Source: Catajapyx aquilonaris (taxonomy: Eukaryota). Taken from it: a stretch of DNA of 64,000 bases. Below the pieces are notes generated by a model, which was given only the letters and a program-made list of their open reading frames with translations, was not told where the DNA came from and ran no database searches. Position 1 is the stretch's first letter. Every line of letters starts with the position of its first letter. Made by a program: the position numbers and the translations under genes. Where the stretch lies: assembly GCA_000934665.2 (NCBI GenBank), contig KZ538100.1, positions 124,001 through 188,000 on the forward strand, given 5' to 3'. Of the stretch, positions 1-13,126 are shown piece after piece.

Positions 1-1481
1 TGTATTTGTTCTATAAGAAGACATTTTGTTTGGCTTTTAATTACTGCCATTTTTAAGGAAGATTTTTTTTAAATTGACAATTTTTGTAGCATGCGCGTGT
101 CGTAGTATACGCATACCAAGCGCCGGTTTGTTGCGGTGTTCGAATCGGATCTGTTTTAAATCAAATTAAATGACGGTCAGCTTAACGCGCCACATTGGTT
201 TGTCGACTATTTGCTTGGTTGTACAAATTCCCATTGACCACCGCTGACGAGGCTTTGGCGTGACGTGTGACAACGAACATATTTATAGCGTCACAATGTA
301 CCGGATGTTTCATAACTGTTCTGACAAATTCCTGATCACTTATGTGCAGAGTTGTCAGCATGTTAATATACACAAAGGAGGTGTATACACTATACAGGTG
401 ATATACATGATATGAGGAGCGGGAGAAAAAGAGGTTTGCTGGCCGTTGGTGCCGTATAGTAATTAATGCTCTCTGGAGAGCCCCGTGGGTCTGTCGGTGG
501 GTCGGTTGGTCGGTCGTCGTTCTTGCTTGCATGTGTCGGCAAACAGAAGGGACAACGCCATCTGCTCCAAAAGGCGACCCAACTGATGCGTCTGATTAGG
601 TTGACCAGACACTCGAGGAGTTAGTAATCCCGGCCAACAGTTTGCAGATAGCTCTTCTCCCTTAATAAAGCCCTGTTCGCCCTGTTGGCTCAGAATATTA
701 GAGCTATAAATAGGCTTATTATTCTTCACTAGTCGCGAAGATGGGGAGAGGAGAGGAAGGGGGGAAGAGGGGCGGGGGGAGAGAGAGGGGAAGAGAGCAA
801 ACCCCTTTTGGCTGACTCGGAGCAAAGGCAGGGCCTGTGTGTGTCCAGGTGATTACTCCCAGTCTACTAACGAACCAACATGCTTTGTGTCAACTCGGGG
901 ACCTTGCTTGCCGGATTGTACCCATAAAAGTGATCAATGTCCGGCGGGGCATGTCACTGATAAGGCCCAAGCCCTCCCTCCCTAGATCCATGTAATGATG
1001 GCAGCAGGAAAAGGACGAGGAAAAAGGAGGGGATCAACCTGAGTGATTTCAGACACCTTTATCTTTTTAATTTCTATCGATAGCACCTTGTAGACTCCTG
1101 CTGTAATTTGTTCCGACTTAACCCCAATCATACGCGGACACCCCCCCGCCTGTCCTCCTGTCCCCTTGTCAAATTATATTATAGCGGAGATAAGAAGCCA
1201 CCTGTTCGCTTATTGAAAATACACGCACCAAATGAGCTGCTCATATTTGTCGTTCGGGATGTAACCTTAATTATGGACTCTGATGGAGAACCACATCATC
1301 TGCTGCGGGGGGGGAACCCCGTATCTCTGATTGTTGCTCTCAGAAATTGCCCCGTTCTCAGTATCAACGCTGTGAAATATGGCCCGTTGTCTTACATATG
1401 TGAAAAGGCTGGATCTTCCATGGAGAACCTTATCTAATTGCATTACACGGCCAATCACACAGTCCATCTCATCTTCATTGG

Positions 1482-1582
1482 AACTCAGTCTGCCAACATA
1501 ATTTTCGCACAAAGCAAATCTCTCATGATTAATAAGGACAGCGTCATTGCTTTGTTCGGAAATTATGTTGGCAGACTGAGTT
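1482..1582. repeat. Near-perfect foldback, probably a tiny MITE
   Basis: 36-bp arms (1482-1517 and 1547-1582; AACTCAGTCTGCCAACATAATT...) with 2 mismatches and a 29-nt spacer. No direct target-site duplication seen. Confidence 0.8.
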
Positions 1583-1798
1583 ACCATGATCATGATTTTT
1601 GTGACGTACGAGTTGAGGTACTTTCTCTTATGCATGGATGACTATGGTGGATGTGGTTGTCCTTTCCTGTAGAGAGTTTCAGCAAATGCGGCTGCATTTA
1701 GGAGGCGAATAATTGGGAACATCCTGCGGGTTGTGCAACCTTCCAGCCACCCTGTGACGGTCCCCCGTCATTCTCTTTATTTTATATACCGTAACTTA

Positions 1799-2005
1799 CT
1801 AGGTGTGAGGTTGTGGAGAGAGCGAAGTGAACCCTCCGACCGGCAACGCATAGATAGTTCCTCCTCCCAACCACCAGAGGCGCTGCCTGCACCCCCATTG
1901 CGCATGCGTAGAAAGCGGGCCAATCGGAAGCGTCGCGGCAACAATATGCGGCGGACCAATCAGAGCACTCGGTCAAACACCATGATTACGATTTAAATAT
2001 TATAC
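1799..2005 (-). mobile_element. Dispersed repeat family A, copy 1; Helitron-like non-autonomous element
   Basis: Clearly similar to 12920-13126 (opposite orientation) and to 29489-29693. Shared blocks: GATAGTTCC..CCACCAGAGGCGCTGCC..GCGCATGCG..CCAATC..AACAATA..CCAATCAGAG..ACGATTT.AATATTATA. CTAG at 1799-1802 fits a minus-strand 3' end. Confidence 0.7.
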
Positions 2006-3297
2006 AAGTAGATATTATGAATAATATAATTGATCAGAAATTGGAACAATTTCGTCGTATAGAAACACTTTTAGGCACCACCGGCTATTTGTATCCTCCG
2101 AGGTGCCGTGTCCCGCTCTCTTGCCCTAAATTGCCGGCATGCTCGAGTCCTGAGCACCACTTGCTTCATGGAGAGAGACGCATAACCTCAGCCGGTGATT
2201 GGGCGTCTAAACCTCCCTCTCTGACTCTCTCAGAAAAGGCGGGCGGGAGAATGAACCTGTTCATAACAATAATAATAATGAGCCGGCAAATGCCAGGCAA
2301 GGCGAGGCAGGAAAGGTGAAGAAGATGTTGGGCATCAGCAGCACCACAAGCGAGAGAGTGTGGGGCCCATGAGGGAGGGAGCCATATAATATGACTCCTC
2401 CTGCACCCCCCCCCCCCTCTTATTCCCCATCCTAGCTAGCAAGCAAGACCCAATTAGGGGGCCAAACCACAAGAGCGCCCATTCTGGCCCCTNGGGGGGG
2501 GAGGCCCTGCTGCCGCGCCTTCTGCTATTTGATTAAAGAGAGGGGGAGGGGGGAGGCTCATTTTATGGCCCACCCCCCTCCCCTCCTCCACCCTCCTCCC
2601 ATCCCGCAGCTGCAACAAGAGAGTTGCGCCTGAAAATTAGTTGGTTCCTCAATGAAGTGAATATTAAGGGTGCGGAAGAGGTGCCCCCGAGGGATATGCT
2701 GGCTGCTGCACTGAGCAGGATGGAGAAGAGCCTCGTCGGATCATCCCTGCGTGTCAGGACAACCGACGCGCGAAACGACGCTGCGAATCATCTCTGGGGC
2801 GTCGAGGGAGTCGGAGGGATGGAGGGGGGAGGAGGAGGAGGAGGGGCCATTTCCCCGACGCCATCATCAAAAGCGGCTCTCTAAATGCTCAATATGGCCC
2901 CAGGAATTATTGTTATTATTTTAAGGGCGAGAGGAATAGGAGGAGCGACGACGTCAACCCTCGTTTATAAACGCGTCGTCAACGGTCGTCAAACATGTCC
3001 ATTTTGGAGGAACTGGCTGCCATCGCGGATGGAAGACAACTAATTTGCGCAGGCGCGTTTTTATTGGACAGGAAGCGCGCTTGATTTTATTTGTTTACAA
3101 ATTATTATGTAGGCATACTTGGTGAGGTTGGACAAGCGTGTCCTGGGCTGTGACACCATCAGCACTACTCTGGCAAGATGCAAAATCATTGCTTAGATGT
3201 TGATTGCATGGATACAAGACATATCTATATGACCAATTCTTTGTCTTCCCCTGATGTCTAGTCCGATAAAAATGGAGCCACTGGGAAAGCCAACAAT

Positions 3298-3789
3298 GGG
3301 GGTCCGACGCATGGTCTGGGATTTGGGAGTGCACGAATAGCTCAACCATATACACGCAAACAAGCATTCCAACACTTATCAACACCAAAATGTCATTCCT
3401 CGATAAATTATCGCGGGTTCAAAAGTCACTCTCAAATTGGCGGGTAAAGGGGGCGAGGCCTAAAGGGCGCATTCCTACTCCTGCCTAACCACAGTGACGT
3501 CAGCAGACAGGTGCACCTGCTGTACTTGGTGCGTCGTTCGATTCCGTTTGGTATACAGGGCCGCCAACAAAGCAACCCGGATGCGTTCCTGCCTCTGCAA
3601 CTATCTGTTTGGCCACAGTGACGTCAGAAGGCAATACGATACCGTATAATTAATATGATTTTAGATCGATTATACTGTAGCTCGAAAACTAATGCGTATT
3701 TCTTCAAACAAAAAAAGACCGAATTTAATTTAAAACTTATGACAATTTTTTTCCCATGGGTTTGCAAAATGTATAGGCTATAGGACCTC
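3298..3789 (+). mobile_element. Short-TIR MITE family B, copy 1 (GGGGGTCC ends, AT flanks; possibly PIF/ISL2EU-like)
   Basis: AT|GGGGGTCC ... TAGGACCTC|AT, colinear with 43481-43812 (ATGGTCTGGGATTTGGGA, CACCAAAATGTCATTCCT, CTCCTGCCTAACCACAGTGACGTCAG, GCAATACGATACCGTATAATTA, GGGTTTGCAAAATGTATA). The superfamily assignment is inference. Confidence 0.75.
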
Positions 3790-4533
3790 ATATTTGGTCA
3801 CTTCTGTCTGGTCTGAACTCAAACGATTGGCTTTTATAGGATTCCAGCATGTATCACCTGCTGTTTGTGTGCTCGCCTGATTCGCCCCCCTCCTTATCTG
3901 TACATGTCCCATAAAGGGCTGTAATCCCTCTCGGGAAGACTTCCCACGTTCAATTAACACCCTTAAAACCGCACGTGTTAACTGCACTTGCACCCAATTG
4001 ATCCCCCTCCATTCGAATCGAGATGACGCGTGACATCCGATAACACCAAAATTCTCTCTCTCGGACATACAAGAATACGCCTCGTCCATTTGCAGCCAGT
4101 TGAGGAGAGATGGCTTTGGGGAGGGGGAGAAATATATTTGAAGAGCGGGTGGTGTTGAGTGGGTGGGTGGGAGGGCTAAAATACAAAACGAGCTGGTGAA
4201 GCTGAGTGGGATTTGGGATGACCAACACGGCAGACGCGGAGGATGTTACTTTTACGACCAGACCGACCTCTCTCTCTCTCTCTCACTCTGCTTTCACACG
4301 TTGCGCATAATACTTTATTCCCATGGAGAAATGGTCCTGGCTGCCATGCCCATTGCTGCCTTGTGTTATACCATATAGACATATAGGGAGGGAGGCACAC
4401 GATAACATGCATTTGCTCCGAAAACATTAAGACCCGGTGCAGCGGCCAAAAGAGGACATCAGTCTGGGTCCCTGGGATCTAAGGGCATTAAGACACATGC
4501 GACCGGAGATAAAGATCGCTTCCCTTTCCCCCC

Positions 4534-4555
4534 NNNNNNNNNNNNNNNNNNNNNN
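4534..4555. other. Assembly gap (N run) inside a poly-C tract
   Basis: 22 N flanked by C runs. Confidence 0.98.
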
Positions 4556-6235
4556 CCCCCCCAAAATGCTTTTATCGGCGAGTCTGCTGCTGATGCGGAC
4601 ACACACACACTGGTGTCAGCAGCACTAGAAGAAGAAAAAAAGGAGAATAAAATGTTGGCACGTCTTAATTTTGCGCGAGCGGATGAGGCGCTATATATTC
4701 GGGCGCATTAACAGGTGCGAAAAACGCGGCCCGCTGATGAATTTATGGCGAATTTTCCAGCCCGTTTGGGAAAGGCTTCAAAGGACACGCTAAGTGCGCT
4801 CATGTGCTAATAGCTTTCTCGTGTGAAAATGACACAAAAAGGAGGCGTGTTAATGCACGTTGCCATCATCTCAGCAGGAGGAAAAAAAGGGGGAGTGTGT
4901 GAATGTGTGTATGCTCAATTTATGACACAACATGTGAGATCATCGTTTACAATCCAAAAGTACCTAGGTTCAATTGTGTTGCGTCAACATGCCTCTCGGA
5001 CTGCCAAAGCTCGTGTCGCCTTATGAAGCGCTCGTTAACGCCGGGGTGACAATTATTCGCACGGAATTGCGGTCGGTCAACAATGCTTGGGGGGGATTGG
5101 CAAACTCACTTCCCGATTGGCTTGTCTCTCGTGTGATATCTAATTAAAAACCTCTTCATCCCTGCTCGCCTAGAACGTAACAGCTTTTGTCACCTTGCGT
5201 TCAATGCGTCCCAAATATGGCCACTAAACATACGTAGGTGCGGCCGAATTTCAAGTGCTGCAGACATGCCCTGGTTTTTTCGGCATGATAAAATGTAAGC
5301 AATTTTCTGAATATTGCTACCAAGGCAGAATAGCACAGCAGCAATGTTAAGTTAGGTCAGTACTTGGGATGTTGTGTGACGTAAACTTTCCCTCGACCTT
5401 CTTATTCCTTCTCCTCTTACGTATATATATCCTTGCATGGATCCATGGCGTCCGAGAGGACTCTCCAATTTGCTCCTCCGCACGCCAATCACACCCAATT
5501 GATCGCCTGCCTGCCATGCCTTGTCCCTGTTGACAACGACCCTTTTCCCTGACCCACCCCGATGCCAAACAATCCAGCATCCAGACTCTCCCTGTCTCTC
5601 TCAATGTTACGTAACACCCTTGTTGTCTTATACTAACCAACAAGTGATGCTGAGCGAGGACTTATACCATCACATATTATTACCTTTCATCTTCACCGAC
5701 TTCATACACATTGCCATGTGTGTGACCTCCACTCAAAGCACCGCCTTTCTGAAGCTTAAAAAAAAAGAAGTTATCACCCGACCATGCAAGCATCACAAGT
5801 GAATTGTGTCAAAATGCGGAGACTTGATAGCCTCGTAAATTCGAGCACGGTTGGCAACCGTGACAAATAAACTCCCTTAGTCATGATCTGTTGGGTTTCA
5901 TAAAACTAAAGAGTGTGTCTAACTGACTGGTTCCAGCCATCACTGATGGTTGTCGTTGCATGAAAGCGGATATCACTTGATTTTGCTTTGTTTGCTGTTG
6001 TAGACTGCTGGTTTGAGTGACGCATAAAGGATGATACGCACATATTAGGATGTGAAGTGGAGGGGCCTATAATATCAAGGGGGGATAACGTGTACCCTGC
6101 ATTGCCGAATTATATCAGCAGGACGTATAATTACTGATAGGTTGTCACGCCCTTCATCCTGTCATAAAATGGTAAATATTAATCTGTGCACGGGAAGAGT
6201 GCTCCTGCGAGTTTTTGTTAAATACTAACTGTAAG

Positions 6236-6519
6236 TAGCGGACTCCAAATTTTGGCAACACTGCTTGCCCCTCCCACTTGGACGTAGTACGATAGGCCAC
6301 TACCAGTTGGCGTACTTATACATGCACGTTGGTGATGAGTCCAGCACACCAGCGTGCTATAACCAGCAAGTGTCTCGCCTCCATTGAAGTCGGTCACAGT
6401 CACCCTCTCTGACCGCTACATGTCCATTCATTTTTGAACGGAAAAAGTGAAAACTAGCCGATGAGTCAACACGGACATATAAGCAGACAGACAGAATAAG
6501 GGAATTAATAGTATATATT
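6236..6519 (-). mobile_element. Dispersed repeat family C, copy 1; probably Helitron-like
   Basis: Colinear with 56668-57189 (ACTTGGACGTAGTACGATAGGC, CATGCACGTTGGTGATGA, TCTCGCCTCCATTGAAGT, AAAGTGAAAACTA, CGATGAGTCAACACG, AGAATAAGGGA). Confidence 0.7.
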
Positions 6520-6912
6520 CGATTCGGGATGCCTTCGCGAATTGTACTGCCCACCATCCAGCATGGATAGGTAATCTAGAATCTGCAATCTAACTGACTT
6601 AATCCTATATATAAAAGAAAAGAGGAGTTTCATCGGCATCGGTTTGTTTTTGTTTCTCCAGCAAGGAGAAGGGGTTGTCCTTATATACTTTCTCCCGATG
6701 GCTGTGTAGTGAAGCCAAACTCGATAGATAGATAGAGAGTGTAGCAGCAGCAGCAGATAATCTCTGGAGTGAGGAAGGCGGGAGGGAGGGAGGGAGGGGG
6801 GATGGTTAGAGAGAGAGAGAGAGGGTGGGTAGGAGGTGGGGGGGGAAGGAAACTAATTACCCTGCGGTTGAACTTCTCCATTAATCCAAGCCCCGAATGG
6901 AGTCGCGGTGGC

Positions 6913-6935
6913 GCTGCTGCTGCTGCTGCTGCTGC
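6913..6935. repeat. (GCT)n trinucleotide run within a purine/pyrimidine low-complexity region (about 6720-7090)
   Basis: Read directly. Confidence 0.9.
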
Positions 6936-9900
6936 ATCCTCCCCTCCCTCTCCTCCTTCCCCTTCCCCCCTCCCTCCTCCTCCTCCACCTGGCAACGCGC
7001 CGGAGGAGTGTTGCAGAAACAATGCAACATCTGTTACCCCCCTCCAAACCCTCCTCCCCATCCTCTCTTCTCTTCTCTCTCTCTCCCTGACCGCAATATT
7101 CTCCGATGCTTCCCTTTGACGGCAGATTAACGTCACGGCTTCTATTCGTCAGTCACTGCGATATTGAGGAAAGGAGAGAGAGCTAGATGGGGGGGATGGG
7201 AGAGGGGGGTAGAAGCAGGCACTCACGTCAAGTTTTGCCTCGTCAGTGACATCTTCTCGGAAGTTATTTCACCGATATGGCCCAATAAAGAGCTGGGGTG
7301 ACAGATGGGGAGGTGGAGGAGGAGGAGGGGAGGGGATGTTGTAATTTGTCCCGAGCCGTGTGACTATCGGGGGCCCTGCACCGGGGATGTAATAATAATA
7401 TGAACTTGCCCTTCATTTCCATTACAACCAGGAGGTAGATGTCATCTACTCCCGGCGCCTGATTATACACTAAGGGGTTGCAACCAAGTTCGCGTCAAAT
7501 TGGGCGACATTCGTGTTCATCTCTCCAACCAAGAAGTTATTGCCATAAAGTAACCCTCTCATTTACATTCTTTCACTACTGACGCCACGATGCTTTCCTT
7601 ATATATTACTTGAATTCTTACGATTGTTTTTGAGGATCATTTAGGGTCGCATGACTATATACTAAGAAAATATCGAACGATTACGGCCTTTTTTTATGAA
7701 ATTCCAGCACGATCAGATGAAGTGGTTTTTGGGTGTAGTGAAAATCTACGACTTATTTCAACAATTATGCGTACAAAATTGACATGATTTTTACAAGCTA
7801 ATCATAGGTTGTAAAAGTTGATGGTTGAATTATACGCGGTTATACGCACTACATCCGCAGGTATGTCCTGTCCTGCAGAGGGGAAGGTGCAGGTTGTTTA
7901 CCGCCAAGGAACCAGTTTGAAGGAAAATTATCAATCGCGATAAATAGAACACGTGGTGCCGATTTGTGCAAAACGGCAATTTATAAACTGGTTCGTGACT
8001 ATGCGTGATATGAAAAGTCCGTAACTGTTTAGTAACTGCGTAATTACGTGGCACATTTGGCAGAGAATTTGTTGCCGATTATCCGGCTGAGCGAACAACA
8101 ATCTTATGCGAAATTTGGAGTATGCTAATATCCGCAATGCGATTAAACGGAGTAGACCGATATTTTCTATTATATGCTGACTATATTTTGTTCCTGCAAC
8201 TGGCAACTGTTTCTTGCCAATTTTTAATTTTTAAAATATTTGTCACGCGTCATCTTCGACGCTCCCAACAGGTCAATATACACAACAAGAATGCGCGTCA
8301 TCAGACGATCCTCATCAGGTTTTATCCGCCGTGTGTCAATTTTTGTGCTTATTTATTGCTTTACGATCCTCCGAACCGCGTATATAGCATTTAAGAACAA
8401 TTTCCTCGGATATCTATACGAAAACTGGAAACAAAACAAAAAATCCTTCGACACAATAAGCTGCAATAAATCCACAGGGGAATATGAAGAGCACTGGAAT
8501 CACGCTGCATTATGGAGTCGATTAATAATAATAATTACGGAGATGTTTATTTTTATGGTCGATAATGACAAGAATCGTGACACAAAATGTTTATTGCGGT
8601 GTCGGTGCAGTAATGACAAGGCGATTCCTTCCTCGTTATGGCACCGGCAAAGATTAAGTCATAAGAAACCGTTTAGTCCCGCCTCTTATACTTCGGATTG
8701 GAGGGGGAAACGGGCAGCAGCACTGGAATGATATTCTTTGCAGCTAGATGGAAGGAAAAAGATTTTATGGTTGGAATAACCCCGGATCAAAATTGGGGGG
8801 TTTTACGGAGAATTTTGACTAGTCTTTTAGGATTTAATGGACGGAGAGGGGGGGATGGAAACGTGACGGGACATCACTCGATTGTTATTATATGGCTGTT
8901 GTTGCATTTAATTTTTTGGGGGTTATTTTTACTTTTATTTCGTGTAATGGAGTGGTGCTTGCGTGAGGATAACTGCGCATTAGCTAAATATGAACAAGTG
9001 AAAATGACCGTCATGAAAAATATTTGGTTCCTCTTCAGCGAGCATTTATATATTAATACACTTCCTGTGGGAAAATTCATTTAGTTGGAAATGATATAGG
9101 TTGCGGAGATCGGTCCATTAAGTTGTCCTGGGAAGTGGTAAATTGCGGGTCGCAGGGAGTAAATGCATAGTTATTTTTGGTTCACGCGCTTCTCACGTCA
9201 GGATTATGGTATTTAATGCATGACAATTGAGAGTTGTGTAACGTCTTAACGAAAGGCACAAGGCTGCTTATGATAGGGCTATACATATTATTATTGTTCC
9301 CAACAACTTTTCCTAAATGCTTCGTATGACACTGTAATATTTACGTTATCATTTAAATTATTCCAGGTATGCCCTGTTATTAAATTAGATTATTTGCAAC
9401 CACCTAAATGAGGAATATACATCATATACAAGAAATCCTAACTTTGGGAGGCTTTTCTCGCAATATTACTGTTTGCTATCAGTGTGTCAAGTGTCATCAC
9501 TCTCATGAGTAGTCTGAAAGTGTGTTGTGTAGCCCGGACATACAAACAGATAGACTGTGTCATTTATATGGCATATATAAATCCAGATTTAATAGTATTT
9601 TGGGGCACCCCCCTCCAGACACCTTCCCCATCTTCACACCCTGCTCCTTCACCTCTCCCCTCTCTGAGAAGGAGATTCAAGAGAGTTTTGAGCAGGTGCT
9701 GCTTTTGCGTCCGGAGAATCCGCCACCAACAAGCCGACCAAAGTCATGCGTCTTGGCACCCTGGGACACCCCCTCCTCTTGGCTTCTGCTTATATAGGGG
9801 TGGGGGTGCAAGTTGTGTCTAATGGGGATACAAGTGCTTGGGGGTTGCCAACCCAAGTTTGGGGACAAAACCACGCTCTTCCTACTCCCTGCTTCCATCA

Positions 9901-12900
9901 TCTATACCTATATTATACACCAAGGGGTGTGCCCCAAAGTGCACTTGAAGAGGTTTTCAGCGGGGTGTTTCTCCCACCCCACCCCACTGACCAAAACCCC
10001 CCCTCCTCTTGCGTCNGGGGGGGGGATGGGAAGGGCTGCTGCTGCTGCAACTTCATTTAATAATCTGTCATGTGCATATGGTGATCCACTATTCTGACCT
10101 CGTATATCATCTGAGGTGCAGGCACTGGATTCCACGGGAATAACCATGAAAATATGGCCAAGGGGTGGTTGGGTTGGGTGGGGAGGCGGGGGTGGGGGGT
10201 GTGGGGGGGAAGCATCTGCAGGGAATTTATTTCATCTACGCCGTGTTTGAATAATAAAACAGATGCGTGATGCAAATATGCAGTGGAGGCACAGAGAGAG
10301 AGAGAGTGAGAGAGGACCCACACACACCCCCCCTCCTCCTCTCCAAGGCCCCTCTCCTCCTCCTCCTCCTCCTCCCAGCAGCAGTGTGCCCCTCCATCCC
10401 CTACTGTAGCTCAACTCTCCGGCTGTGCGCTGCCTATTAGCTACATCAAATTGCGCTCGGGCCATATGCTGTGTTGGAGGACCGCCTGGCGAAATACCTT
10501 CGGGCTGTGATTTGGCCCCTGCAGCCTCCCTCCCTCCCCCACCCAGCAGCCTATAGCCCTCCCTCCCTCCCTCCCTCCCTCCCACACAGCTTCCCTTTTA
10601 AAATGCGGACTTACAAATTCATGCGCCGCTGTATAATTAGTTTCGATTGCGGCTACACGGCTTCCGCGGGATGTGTCCGGTGGGAGACCATCACACCACC
10701 AAACCAGGCCTCACCGAAAGAGAGGAGAGGAGAGGAGGGTACAGTAGGGGGGTGGAGAGGGTACACCCCACCACCCCCCATCCTCCTCCCTCCCACCACC
10801 GATATTATTACACGGTAGGCCCAGCAGGGATTACGCAATTACAATATGTGGCGAGGAGAGATTACGGCTGGCCCCCTGCACCACCACTGCAGGAGGAATA
10901 TTGTGGCCAGAGTGCTGCGGAAAAGGAGGTCAAGATGGCAGGTCACTTGAAACCGACCCACTTGCACAATTGGGTTGACATTGGAGGTCAAAGGGGAGCA
11001 GGAAGTGGGGGGGAGTCGACAGCTGACAAACATTTGAATGAAAGTCCGCATATTCTCCAAAAGTGATGAGCGAGAACACAGAGAAATTAACAAATTCGCT
11101 CCTTTAATTTTTTAAAATTGATGATTAATGAGTGTCTCGAAGTAGTAGCCGTGGCTGGGGAAAACAAGCGGGCAATGAATAATGACTTATTATGCTGCAA
11201 TGCTGCGGGTGGGCACGTGTCGTCGCCTCAATTTTTCAGGGCTGCGTGTGATGTGTTATGGTCGGAGGGAGCCAATCAAGGCAGTCGATGCAGAGGTGCT
11301 TAATCAGGGAATGATGGCTTTTAAGTGTGACACGCGTCGCACAGCCATGATGATTAGAAAATCAGATTGGTTGGGTCTTAATGAGACGTCAGTCAATGCT
11401 GCTATGGTTCCGGATGGACGGGGGGGCCAGCGTTTGATGTGTGCATGTATTATGATTGTGTGTATATGCAGCGGCATGGACAGAGCGCACTTATTGTGTC
11501 AAGTTGGAATAAATTGATTATTCGAAAAGTGCAGCGGCGTAAGCCCCGCGTAACTACCCTGTGCTTCATCATGCATACCAACCCCCATCAAAATTCTAGG
11601 CACCTGTCATGGGAACTAACAGACAGAAACAACGTGACAAAATTTCCCTGCCAATGGACATCGGTAATCAATTATATCCCTCCATCCCACCCCCCCATAC
11701 AGCATGTGCTAGCTGGCACCACCAAACCGGTAATAACTACTGCGCCCTCCCGAAATATTAAATATGATCATGTACATTACGTGTGCACTATACATTCTGT
11801 CACAACCGCAAGGACTCGCTGATTATTTGCGCACAGTTATCATTTAACGAGACACCAAGTAGAGTAGTCCACTGTATGCCAATCTAAAGGCACGGCTCAC
11901 ACTGACTTGCAATGAGAGCTACATCAGAATGTACACAGAGAGAGTGGTCCACTGCTGTATATGGTCATCCTCTGCGTGAGTGTGTGTGTAGCAGGCAGGC
12001 AATGCCGTCCATTTAGCGTTTTTCCACCCCGTATGTTACTGCCCCATTACAGCACAAATCGGGGAAAGGATAAACGGTTTCACGTTGCCATCCCCCGTTT
12101 CATATACAGCATGTGCTTAGCTGTTATGGTGGACTCCCAGTATAAACCGGCGCATCCAGACACATAATAAATCTCACATGCGCATTCGTACGGCCCGATA
12201 TAAATGCCCACCGTCCACCATCCCAACCGGCGATAAAAATAACCCACCCCTCTCCACCTCACAACTCGACACACACACACCAGCACCATCTCTACATATA
12301 GCACAATACTCTCTGCATGGCTGGCTGATGCTGTAGGGCATGATGATCCTATATACACACCAGTTTATGTCCCAATCCCACCTACCCACCCTAATAGGAG
12401 CTGAGATGATGTTGCAACACAGGGACACACACACAGAGAGAGAGATCATCAAAAAATTAGGTGGATGTAAATGATGCGCGATGGAATTTGATTTCCCTGA
12501 TCCTCTTTGCTGATGTCTGATGATGTGGGTCCCTCCCAATCTGGGATTATGCATTGAATTAGGTCGGATGAAGAGCTGCTGTGCTGGGGGGATTATTTGT
12601 CCGCACCATCACAGGGCTCACCCGGCACTTGTTCGTTTCCTCTTCGCCGCAATCAAACTGCATCGTCCGGATGTACATAACTTACTCTCCGTAACTCCGA
12701 GCGTCACTCCATATGGACGCAATCAACACAGGGCGCCGTCAAGCCCAAACACTATTATAACGATTATACTTTGCACCGCCATTACGGCAATGATTCAGGC
12801 ATGGAGAGTATCCAAACCGCTATCAGTTAATTACTCTTAGCTATTATCATGTCTACTGTTTTTTTTAATGGGCTGGCATTTTTTTAGCAATTCAAAAGGC

Positions 12901-12919
12901 AAGCGGAAGGTTCCAACGG

Positions 12920-13126
12920 TCTATAATATTAAAATCGTACTTGGGCATGCTTGTGCAAGCACTCTGATTGGTCCACGGCGTATTGTTACCGCGATGCTGC
13001 ATATTGGCCCGCGTTATACGCATGCGCAGTAGGTGGAGGCAGCGCCTCTGGTGGGTGGGAGGGGGAACTATCCATTCGAACGCTGACGCCGCCGCCCGGA
13101 GCAAAAAAGCGAGGGTTTTTCTATAG
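12920..13126 (+). mobile_element. Dispersed repeat family A, copy 2; Helitron-like
   Basis: Starts TCTATAATATTAAAATCG (Helitron-type 5' TC end) and ends GC-rich stretch + tttttCTATAG|T. Reverse complement aligns with 1799-2005. Confidence 0.7.

Noticed and set aside
463..825. Minus-strand ORF containing SSNILSQ and CWPGLL, superficially like NK6 N-terminal motifs
   Set aside because: Wrong strand for the gene, AT-rich codon use unlike the real exons, and only loose motif similarity.
1324..1348. TGATTGTTGCTCTCAGAAA resembles miR-315
   Set aside because: Seed mismatch, 2-nt insertion and no good complementary arm.
1871..1885. CCACCAGAGGCGCTG as a CTCF site in family A
   Set aside because: One base short of the CCACCAGRKGGCGC spacing; only a near match.
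6769..7119. Ala/Pro-rich ORF as candidate Nkx6 exon 1
   Set aside because: Produced by microsatellite tracts; no NK6 motif and no convincing phase-1 donor before its stop.
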